Shown here: in pieces, positions 56,301-64,000 of the stretch | How positions within the stretch are numbered: position 1 is the first letter of the stretch | Layout of the letters: every line of letters starts with the position of its first letter | Origin: Mantamonas sphyraenae STR306 | Taxonomy: Eukaryota > Protista > CRuMs | DNA length: 64,000 nt | NCBI GenBank assembly: GCA_026936335.1 | Contig: JAPMXV010000054.1 | Coordinates: 62,001-126,000 of the forward strand | Reading direction: 5' to 3' | Made by a program: the position numbers and the translations under genes | The notes under the pieces: model-generated | Database searches by the model: none | Told to the model about the DNA's origin: nothing | Seen by the model: only the letters and a program-made list of their open reading frames with translations

Positions 56301-58452
56301 TGGAGCAGCAGTGTTGTGCATGGAACCGCGTAACCCGGACTCGAAGCTGGAGGCACTTGCGTTGGAGGCGCAGCCGTGTGCTGTGATCACGACGCCGGAG
56401 CTGGCGGATGCACGGAACTTGGGCAGGTTGTGCGGCAACAGGATTGTGTGTGTGGCAACCGAAGGAGTCCAGGTAGCACGCGGGGGAGTTGGTGGCAGCT
56501 GGGATGGTGAACGACCATGTGTGCGTGTGTGTGGTGGTTTGGTGGCGTATGTGATTGCGACGAGCGGAACGACGGCCGGCAGAAGCAAGCTTGTGCCTGT
56601 GACACACCGGGCATGGATGAATACGTGCTTCGCTTACTCGAAGTACTTGTCCACGTCAACACGTGTCGGGCAAATGTTGTCTATGCAGTTCGACGCGAGC
56701 ATGCTTGAACTGGGATGGGGCTTGATTGGAGGCAGCCAAGTGGTACATTGTGATTTGAACGATGGCTTGTTGTACGTGTTGGAGAGCTCGTGCGTTCAGG
56801 TTGCGTCCGTACCACCGGTGCTGTTGGCGAGGCACGAGTACGCGGATCTCTCGGTTGAAGGACTGCAAATGGTATCTGCAGGAGGGGAAGCTACAACGAA
56901 AGAGATGCTGCGCAAATGGGCGGGCTCCTTGGTATACATACAAGCGTACGGTCCTTCGGAAGACTCGATTGTCTCAACGATGACTGTGTTGGGTGAATAT
57001 GACACACCGAGCATCGGTAGTGCACTTGACGGGAAGACAGCGTTGGTTCTGGACGGACTGATGCGCCCTCGACCGACGACAGGGGTAGGCCTGCTGCACG
57101 TGACGGGAGTGGGGATCGCTCACGGATACATGGGGCGGCCACGACTGACGGCAGAACGGTTCCTGCCGTTTGATGACGGCCTGGTGCTGTACAACACAGG
57201 AGATCTTGTGCGTGTACACGCTTCCGGGACGATGGAGTTTGTGGGGAGAAAGGACTTTCAGCTGAAGGTGCGCGGACACCGAGTGGAAGCACAGGCGGTG
57301 GAGGGTGTGCTGGAAACCCACGAGCGTGTGGCACAAGCAGTGGTCCGGAAGCATGGCACGGGTCTAGTTGGATACGTTGCGTGTGTTGGGGGCGTGGACG
57401 CAAGCATGGAGATGTTGCAAGCAAGCCTGTACGAGCAACTGCGAACCGCATTGCCGCCGTATGCGGTTCCGACCAGCGTGGTTGCACTGGACGCGATGCC
57501 AACAACGCTGAACGGTAAGATCGACTTGCGTCGTCTTCCGAACCCAGGGGACACGGGTGTGCAGCTGGTGCGAAGCGAGTATGCGGCGGCCGAGAGCGAG
57601 ATGGAAGTAACGGTGGCGAAAGCATTTGGTGCTGTACTTGGGTTGGATGAGGTTGGGCTGGACGACAGCTTCTTCACGCTAGGCGGTGACAGCATTCTGA
57701 GTATGCAAGTGGTGCAGAGACTGCAACGCGAGGGGCTGCGTGTGACAAGCAGTCAGGTGTATGAGCTGCAGACGGTGCGGGCTTTGGCGTCTTTTCATGC
57801 CCCCCATTTGAAACGTGGGTCAGTTTTGATTGAACTGACAAAGAATGACGGTCCGGTGGTTGTACTCTTCCCTGGTGCTGCAACAACTTTTCATTGCTTC
57901 GAGCGTTTGATTGAGGAAGCAACCCCTGCGCACCATTTGTACGCTGTTGATGACGGCTATCTTTACGGTCGTTCTGATGCTCATGCGACTTTGATGGATC
58001 TGGCGGTCGCCGTTAGCTCGGAGCTGTTGTTGTTCGTTCCGGTTGTGGAGAACGTCCAACTTGTGGGCTGGTCGTACGGTGGTGCAGTCGCGCATGAAGT
58101 TGGCGTGCTGTGTCATCATACAGTGACTCAAGTCACCTTGTTGGACGCCCCTGTGTGCCCTGTGAGTGTGCCGTGGACCGTTTCTCCTGGATCCAATGGC
58201 AACGACACTGACTTGATAACTGCCGACGCTTCGTTGCGTCATCATCACTTACTGGAACACGTGACCAGTTCTTCAGTTCAACGGACTGTGTTGGTGCTGA
58301 GCGATTCAGCACGGCGCACCAATCTCCATGACTACCATCGCTGGGGCGAATTCATTGAGACATCAGACTTTCACATTGTTGCCGTTCCAGGTGACCATCA
58401 CGGCATGTTAGATTCTTCAGAATTCATTGACGTGGTGATGCGACTGCAGTAA
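9766..58452 (+). CDS. Giant multimodular nonribosomal (lipo)peptide synthetase: FAAL-like - T - (C-A-T)x13 - TE, ~16,200 aa; intron 11265-11315; many apparent assembly frameshifts
   Basis: 14 carrier motifs FTLGGDSILSM (GG codons at 11488, 15057, 18625, 22191, 25709, 29284, 32854, 36418, ~39987, 43495, 47061, 50627, 54172, 57682). 13 C domains with HHAVLDGWS. 13 A domains with YVIATSGTT, FDAS, AYGPSE, YNTGDL, GRKDFQLKVRGHRVE and NGKIDL. Terminal thioesterase present. All on one strand with no intergenic gaps. Confidence 0.9.
11265..11315 (+). other. 51-nt spliceosomal intron within the NRPS loading domain
   Basis: GTAAGT donor at 11265, branch-like TGCTCAC at ~11299-11305, AAGCAG acceptor ending at 11315. 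It contains in-frame stop codons. Removing it fuses ORF 9739-11268 in frame to ORF 11416-14304 and restores AT|C-GCA-AAA-ACG-ACA-AGT-GGG-AAA (I-A-K-T-T-S-G-K). Confidence 0.85.
24652..25048 (+). other. Module 4: B-type A-domain specificity subdomain (indel-rich copy)
   Basis: Matches the B-type DNA (cttcgcttactcg...gacacaccaagcatcggt) with many small indels and short A-type intrusions. Confidence 0.75.
42445..42834 (+). other. Module 9: B-type A-domain specificity subdomain
   Basis: 390 bp encoding FAYSKYLSTSTRVGQMLSMQFDASMLELGW...SAGGEAT...IQAYGPSEDSIVSTMTVLGEYDTPSIG in place of the 447-bp A-type segment. Confidence 0.9.
53087..53508 (+). other. Module 12: fine-grained A/B mosaic specificity subdomain (frame-broken)
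   Basis: Short tracts of A-type and B-type sequence alternate, and the unit length is intermediate (3545 bp). Confidence 0.75.
56629..57018 (+). other. Module 13: B-type A-domain specificity subdomain
   Basis: Essentially identical to 42445-42834 and lies within the uninterrupted ORF 53362-58452. Confidence 0.9.
57780..58452 (+). other. Terminal type I thioesterase domain of the NRPS
   Basis: VVLFPGAA, nucleophile elbow LVGWSYGG (GxSxG), LLDAP acid and VPGDHHGML histidine give a complete catalytic triad. Stop TAA at 58450-58452. Confidence 0.9.
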
Positions 58453-58459
58453 AATCGAC

Positions 58460-60538
58460 CTACTCGTCAAACAACGCATCCAGCTCATCCTTCAGCACCC
58501 TCACCTCCTTCGCCCACCTCCCCCTCTTGTGACTCATCTCCTCCTCCGCCTGCGCGTCGATCAGGTCTTCATCCAGCTCAATGTCCATCTCCTCCGCAGC
58601 CTTGCGAAACCAATCATTCTCGGCCTTTTGCTTGCGCTTCTTCCTCAACTTGCTGTCCAGCTTTTTCGCCGTGTGCACGCGTCGCCTGAGGCGTTTGTAC
58701 TCCACCAGATCAATGTCCATGAGGGGCACCTTGTCGAGGCGCTTGCCCATGCGTTGCATGAGCCGCTTGAACATCCCCTCCTCCTTGGGCCCCACGAGCA
58801 GCACGGACGTGCCCGCCTGCGACGCGCGTGCTGTGCGCCCTGCCCTGTGCACGTACGTGTCTGCGGCCCTTGGCACCTGATAATGGATGACATGCGACAC
58901 CTGCGGGATGTCCAACCCGCGTGCGGCCACGTCTGTGGCCACGAGCACCGCGTCCTTCTGCGCCCTGAACCGATCCATGTTCTTGAGCCGCTGCCGCTGC
59001 TGCATCTGTGCGTGCAGGGGCAGCACAGGCACGCGCAACAGTTCAAAGATGTGCACGATGCGTCGGATGGCATCGATGCTGTTGGCAAACACCAGCCGCC
59101 TGCCCTGGCCCTGGGTCAGCGTGAGCAGCACGTACAGGTACGAATCCTTGTCGATATCGATGCAATGGATGCGATACTCGCTCAGTGCCTGTGCGGTGAT
59201 CTTGGCCGACGTCAGGTCGATGTGTGCCAGCTTGCGTTGCAGTCGCAGCTTGCGTTGCAGCTCCTCCATCTTCTTGCCCGTTTCACTGGCCGCGTCCAGG
59301 GCCATGGTTGCCGAGAACAGGAATGTTTGGCGTGGTTTGGCCGTGCCCTTTGCCAGCTGCGCCTTTTTGGCCTCCTCCTCATGCTGTTGGATCAGCGTGA
59401 CAATCTGGTCCAGCTCCGCGTAGTGGCCCTTTTCGATCATGCGATCCGCCTCGTCGATGACCAGGAAGCGCAACGAGCCCAAGTGTTCCAGAAAGGGAGT
59501 GCCGTCCGAGTACAGGTCCCACAGACGGCCTGGTGTGGCCACGACAATGGCCGGCTTCTTTGCCAGCAGCCTGTGTTGCTTCTGCACACTCATCCCTCCA
59601 AACACAGTCACCACATGCACCTGTGGGATATGCTGCGCAATGTCCCTCACGTGTGCCGCCACCTGTGTCGCCAGCTCCCGTGTCGGCGTCACCACCAGTG
59701 CCAGCGGCTGCGTCAGCGTCATCTGCGGGTTTTTCCTGTACATGATGGCCAGCTGCGCCACAATGGGGATGGCAAAGGCCAGTGTTTTCCCCGAGCCCTG
59801 TGAGAGTGTAAGGAAGGAGGGGGGGGTAAGTGGGTTGAGGGAAAGGTGTGAGGTGGTGGGTCGTTCACTCCCCGTTGCATGTTTCCGCCTGACCACCTAC
59901 AGTCTCTGCGGCACCCAGCACGTCTTTGCGGTCCCTCCAACCAGCTTCGATGCTCTTGCGTTGGATTTCCGTGGGTTTGCTAAACCCCAGTGTGTCCAGT
60001 GCCTGCAGCACGCCCTGCGGCAAGTTGAACGGACTCCATGCCGAAAGATCCGTCGTCGTCGTCGTCGTCGTCGTCGTTTTCTCCTCCCCCTCTCCATCCT
60101 CCACCTGCTTTCCCTTTTTCTCCTTCTTCTCCTTCTTCTCCTTCTTCTCCTTCCTCTCCTTCTTCTTCTTCTTCTTTGCCTCGCTCTTGTCCACACGCGC
60201 CCGTTTCGAGTCGTGGTCCACCTCCTGCTCGTCCCCGCCTCTCCCACATCTCCCACTTGCTTTCGTTTCCTCGTTGCCTCCTCTGCACCTGCTCCTGCAG
60301 CAGCCCCTCTTGCTCCCTTTCTCCCTTGGTGCCTCTCTTGCGCCTTCTTCTCCTTGAGCTGTGCCTCGTTGCGTACAATCTTGCCGGAAAACTCACGGCC
60401 GTCGATGGTCTCCATGGAGATGAAGCCATAGGCCTGAATGGCTGCCAGTTGGTACTCTGGCACCTCCACACTTGTCCACTCGCTATCCTTCTGTGCCTTC
60501 CGCGTCAACTTGCGTCCCTTGTCTGCCATCTTGGTCAT
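58460..60538 (-). CDS. DDX24: DEAD-box RNA helicase DDX24/MAK5; exons ~60538-59901 and 59797-58460
   Basis: GFSKPTEIQ, GAAET|GSGKTLAF, PTRELA, DEADRMIEKGHYAEL, RQTFLFSAT, LHAQMQQRQRLKNMDRF, HRAGRTAR. GT-AG intron at 59900-59798. One missing G in a G-run near 60233 shifts the N-terminal frame, probably an error. Start is at 60538 or 60529. Confidence 0.88.
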
Positions 60539-60557
60539 CCCAGCGCACACACTCCCT

Positions 60558-60620
60558 CCCCTACCTTGCCCCTACCTTGCCCCTACCTTGCCCCTCCCTT
60601 GCCCCTCCCCTGCTTGCCCC
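60558..60620. repeat. 11-bp tandem repeat (CCCCTACCTTG x3 plus degenerate copies) in the DDX24/MMAB divergent intergenic region
   Basis: Seen directly: cccctaccttg cccctaccttg cccctaccttg cccctcccttg cccctcccctg. Confidence 0.8.
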
Positions 60621-60649
60621 ATGCCACCCAACCAATATCAACACACACC

Positions 60650-61417
60650 ATGTTTGCACGCGTATCCGCAGGACGGACGACGATGAGGACGACGACGACG
60701 ACGGTGGTGAGCAGGGTGGCGAGTGTGGCACGAGAGGACACGATGGGGACGGTGCGCAGTGTGTCTGTGTACACACGGACGGGGGACAAGGGCAAGACGA
60801 GCCTGTTCAACGGGGAGCGGAGGAAAAAGTCGGATGCGCTGTTCCACGCGTTGGGTGGCACGGACGAACTGAACGCACACGTGGGTCTTGCCTGCGACCA
60901 CCTGGAGGAACACAAGCAGGCCAAGCTGAGTCGATACCTGCGCACAAATGCCCAGCTGCGTCAGATCCAGGTGGAATTGCTGGAGCTCGGGGCCTTTCTG
61001 GCCACGCCGCGGACCAGCGCAAAGACCACAGAGGCACAGGTGGCACGCACCAAGTTCCCATCGTCGCGGTCGGAACGATTGGAGACGTGGATTGACGACA
61101 TGGATGCGGATCTGCCTGCCTTGACTGCGTTTGTGCTGCCTAGTGGTGGTGTGGCCTCGTCCACACTCCACGTGGCACGCACGGTGTGCAGGCGACTGGA
61201 ACGCCACGTGGTGGAGGCGGACATTGACGAACAGGCCATCCAGAGTTACATCAACCGCCTCAGTGACTATCTCTTTGTGGCGGCACGCTACGTGGCGGAA
61301 AAGCCGGAGATCAAATGGGAACCGCACAAGGCCACCTCCACAGACGGAGGCAACACGGCAAAGCCCACGAGCACGGCAGCCCACACAGGAGCTGATGACA
61401 TGGTCAAGGAGGGGTAG
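60650..61417 (+). CDS. MMAB: PduO-type ATP:cob(I)alamin adenosyltransferase, probable mitochondrial precursor
   Basis: VYTRTGDKGKTSL, ALGGTDELNAHVG, FVLPSGG...LHVARTVCRRLER, YINRLSDYLFVAAR. The Arg/Thr/Ser-rich N-terminus resembles a presequence. Confidence 0.92.
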   Translation: MFARVSAGRTTMRTTTTTVVSRVASVAREDTMGTVRSVSVYTRTGDKGKTSLFNGERRKKSDALFHALGGTDELNAHVGLACDHLEEHKQAKLSRYLRTNAQLRQIQVELLELGAFLATPRTSAKTTEAQVARTKFPSSRSERLETWIDDMDADLPALTAFVLPSGGVASSTLHVARTVCRRLERHVVEADIDEQAIQSYINRLSDYLFVAARYVAEKPEIKWEPHKATSTDGGNTAKPTSTAAHTGADDMVKEG

Positions 61418-61771
61418 AGTAGACACAGTAGACACAAACAAAGCTTCATATGATGTGTGCCCCCCCCTCCTCATCCAACAACGCCAAGCCCTTTGTGTTT
61501 GACATGACCCTTCAGATGTGTGCTTCCACCACCCAGCCCCCCCCCCCTTCCTCATCCAACAAGGCCAAGCTGTTTGACATGTCCCTTCATATGTGTGCTT
61601 CCAAACCCCCCCAAAACCCCCCCCGTTTCCCCCCTTCACCCCTTCACCCCAATCCAAGCTTGCTGCGACTGTGGCGTCGATGGTGTTGCCGTTGCAATCG
61701 CATCGCGCCTGCTTTGCCCTCCTCCTCATCCCCCCCCCTACTGCAAATCCACTCCACCAGCATCCCTTGCG

Positions 61772-61778
61772 CTCTCTC

Positions 61779-61809
<31 letters not shown>

Positions 61810-61818
61810 TTCCTCTCT
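61772..61818. repeat. (CT)n microsatellite
   Basis: ctctctctct... run directly downstream of the PP2A B55 stop codon. Confidence 0.85.
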
Positions 61819-63868
61819 TACACGGCCGAGTAGATGTACAAGTTGTTGAGGGCGGCGACGGCGAGGACGTTCTCGGTCGGATGCCAGCCGGTGTGGAGCA
61901 CCTTCTTGTTAAAGTCCATCTGGTCGACGCTGATGTCCGTGTTCTGCTTCTTGTTGTCCTTCTTGCGCAGAGTGATCTTGGACTTTGTGCTCTGCGGCTT
62001 CTTCTTGGGCGGCGGGCTCTTGCTGGCCTCCACGCACACGTCCGACTTGCCCTCGCGGTCGTAGATGTGGAAGAGGTTGTGGTACGAGCCCGTGGCCATG
62101 TGGCTTCCGTCGCCCGAGAACGAGCACTCAAACTTGTCAAAGATAAAGTCGTTCTCGTACAGGTCGCACAGCTTCGAGCGCAGGTGCTCGTGGATCTGGA
62201 TCGTCTTGACCGGCTTCGACTCCTGGTTGATGTCCCAGATGCGCAGCGTCAAGTAGTCACGCGACAGGATGTACCGTCCGTCGGCGCTGAACTTGATGTC
62301 CGAAATCGACGAGATGATCTCCGAGAAGAACGACTTGTTCCCCGGGTCCTCGTCCTCCTCAAAGATCTTTGCGTACTCGTCGCACAGAGCAGAGTCACGC
62401 ATGTCCGCCAGCTTGATGCTGCCCTTGCTGCTGCTGTACATAAACACGTTGCACTGCTGCGGATGGAACTCGGCCGCCGTGATCACCTCTGTCAGTTCCT
62501 CCATGTTTGCCGGCTTGATGTCCACAATGTCTGTGTGGTGTGTTGCCAGCGGCGCCCACGTGTTAGACACAGCCCACCACCATCACCCACCCACCCACCT
62601 CCATCCCCCCAACTCACTGAAACTCTGATCATTAATCCCCAGATTCCAAAGATTAATGCGCAGATCATCTGCACTGAGGTACGTCTCGCCATCCGAGTTC
62701 AACGAAATGCTGTTGATGTGATACGCATGCCCGTTGGCAAACACCTTGCGCGGCACCGCTGTGATCTGCGTCTCGTAGGTGTTCAACTTTGGGATCATCA
62801 CACTGTCCAGAGCGCGCTGCCCGCCGCCGTAGCTTGACGACCCCTCCAGGTTGTTCGACGACACCTCCTTCACCTCCTTCTCGTACACTTTCCACAGCTT
62901 GATCGTCTTGTCTGTGTGTGTGTGTGTGTGTGTGTGCGCGTGTGTGTGTGTGTTGTGTTGTTTGTCGCACCACCACGAATGTGTGAGTCTCCACCCGCTC
63001 CCCTTTCCCTTTTTCCCCTCCCTTCTGCCGTCCCCATTCCCATCCAAACACAACGCCTGCTGAGCCACCGCCCTCCCACACCACGCCCAGCATGCACTCG
63101 GTTGCCCATTGGCGCCCTGAGGCTGCCCTGGCCCACCCATGCGTGTGCTAGGCGCCCCGTTGCCCTTTCTGAGCAAAATGCAATCTCTGTCCAGGGGCGC
63201 CGCCCTTCCTTTGCGCCCCTTTGCACACACACACGTCCCCGCACTCGCTCGACCCGTCCATGGCTCGCCCCATGCACCCATGCATGCCTGGACGGCGGAT
63301 GTGTGGTTGGCAGCCGCTTCCTGTGCCGCCGTGGGGCGTGTTGCAGCGGGGCAGGGGCGACGATCAGGCGCAAAACCCTCTTTGGGTGTAAACTCACCGT
63401 TGGTAGACACCAGGTAGTGGGAGTCGTTCGTCGACGGCAGCCACTTGATCTTGTTGATCTTCTCCTCGATCTCCAGCGACTTGAGGTAGTCGAATTCGGG
63501 CTCGTGGGACTGAAACTCGGTGTAGAAGCGATACTCAAAGTTGGACGCCTTGCTCTTGCGGCCTGTGCTCTTGCCGCTCTCCTTGGCCCGCTCAAAGATC
63601 ACCACGCGTCCACCCTTGTCGCCTGTGGCAATGTAGTCGCCCGTGCGGTCGAACTCCACCGTCGACACAATGTCGGCTGTGCAAACGGGTCCACGGTCAG
63701 TGTGCAATCCCAATCCTCCCCTCTCTCCCGCTTTTTCCCGTTCTTTTTCTTTCTCCCCCCGTGTACGCCGGCTCCATTCCTCTCGCTGCCTCTCTGCACA
63801 CTCACCTTCGCTTGCCAGTCCCTCGTCGATGGCATCCCGGTCGCCAAACACCTGGGAGAACTTCCAGT
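61818..63868 (-). CDS. PPP2R2: PP2A regulatory subunit B55/PR55 (WD40), 5'-partial; exons 63868-63806, 63676-63398, 62911-62618, 62530-61818
   Basis: [118 protein letters not shown] introns lie between these blocks. Confidence 0.95.
62913..62953. repeat. (TG)n microsatellite at the 3' end of a PP2A B55 intron
   Basis: tgtgtgtg... run adjacent to the acceptor; reads ACACAC...AG on the coding strand. Confidence 0.85.
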
Positions 63869-64000
63869 CTGCGCGTGTGTGTCCTGCGTGTGAGTTTGGA
63901 TGTCGGCGCCCCTCCCGACCTTCTCGACGCCTCCTTTGCTCGCGCCCCACACGTCCCACACGCCCCACCGCTCTCCCTCCCACACGCCCCCGAGCCCCAT

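Larger units (their letters stand above)
11473..57779 (+). repeat. Tandem array of 13 near-identical NRPS module units (type A ~3567 bp, type B ~3510 bp)
   Basis: Spacings between successive GGDS codons: 3569, 3568, 3566, 3518, 3575, 3570, 3564, ~3569, ~3508, 3566, 3566, 3545, 3510. Units differ only by scattered SNPs, small indels and the swapped A subdomain. The array begins and ends inside T domains. Confidence 0.95.

Noticed and set aside
11594-57695. Hundreds of recurring short alternate-frame and antisense ORFs inside the array
   Set aside because: They are shadows of the NRPS frame. They recur only because the DNA unit is repeated, and they have no recognisable domains.
11473-57779. 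CRISPR array, transposon array or satellite DNA
   Set aside because: The units are ~3.5 kb and protein-coding. There is no repeat-spacer structure, transposase, reverse transcriptase or terminal repeat.
11416-58452. Interpretation as an operon of ~25 separate NRPS genes or as programmed frameshifting
   Set aside because: ORF breaks fall mid-domain at mostly unit-specific 1-2-bp indels in simple-sequence runs, with no intergenic spacers or conserved slippery site.
9766-58452. Bacterial contaminant contig joined to eukaryotic DNA
   Set aside because: Disfavoured because of the host-style spliceosomal intron at 11265-11315, tight packing against eukaryotic genes and absence of bacterial cluster genes. 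It is not formally excluded without spanning reads.
60038-60649. N-terminal extension of the 459-aa MMAB ORF
   Set aside because: It is low-complexity antisense of the DDX24 5' exon plus intergenic repeat. The plausible start is Met at 60650, which begins a mitochondrial-type presequence.

Overview
Gene-dense, intron-containing nuclear DNA from a eukaryote, most likely a GC-rich protist; the taxon cannot be determined from the sequence. Ordinary housekeeping genes flank the window. On the left are a secreted RCC1-like repeat protein, a hypothetical protein, CDC5L/CEF1, PRP43/DHX15, a phosducin-like TXNDC9/PhLP3 and a TOM1/THH1-like 7TM protein. On the right are DDX24/MAK5, MMAB and the PP2A B55 subunit. 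Between them lies a single ~48.7-kb giant nonribosomal peptide synthetase gene (9766-58452, + strand, ~16,200 aa if indels are repaired) with the architecture FAAL-like - T - 13x(C-A-T) - TE. A host-style 51-nt GT-AG intron joins the loading domain to the assembly line. The 13 modules are near-identical ~3.5-kb tandem DNA repeats of two kinds that differ only in the A-domain specificity subdomain, in the order A A A B A A A A B A A (A/B mixed) B. The modules carry hallmarks of a bacterial-type T(E)-E-DCL ancestor whose epimerase has collapsed to a ~110-aa remnant, and their SNPs show a 5-module higher-order duplication. The many frameshifts in the array look like residual sequencing or assembly indels, because the same kind of error breaks CDC5L and DDX24. 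Exact module number and order need read-level confirmation.
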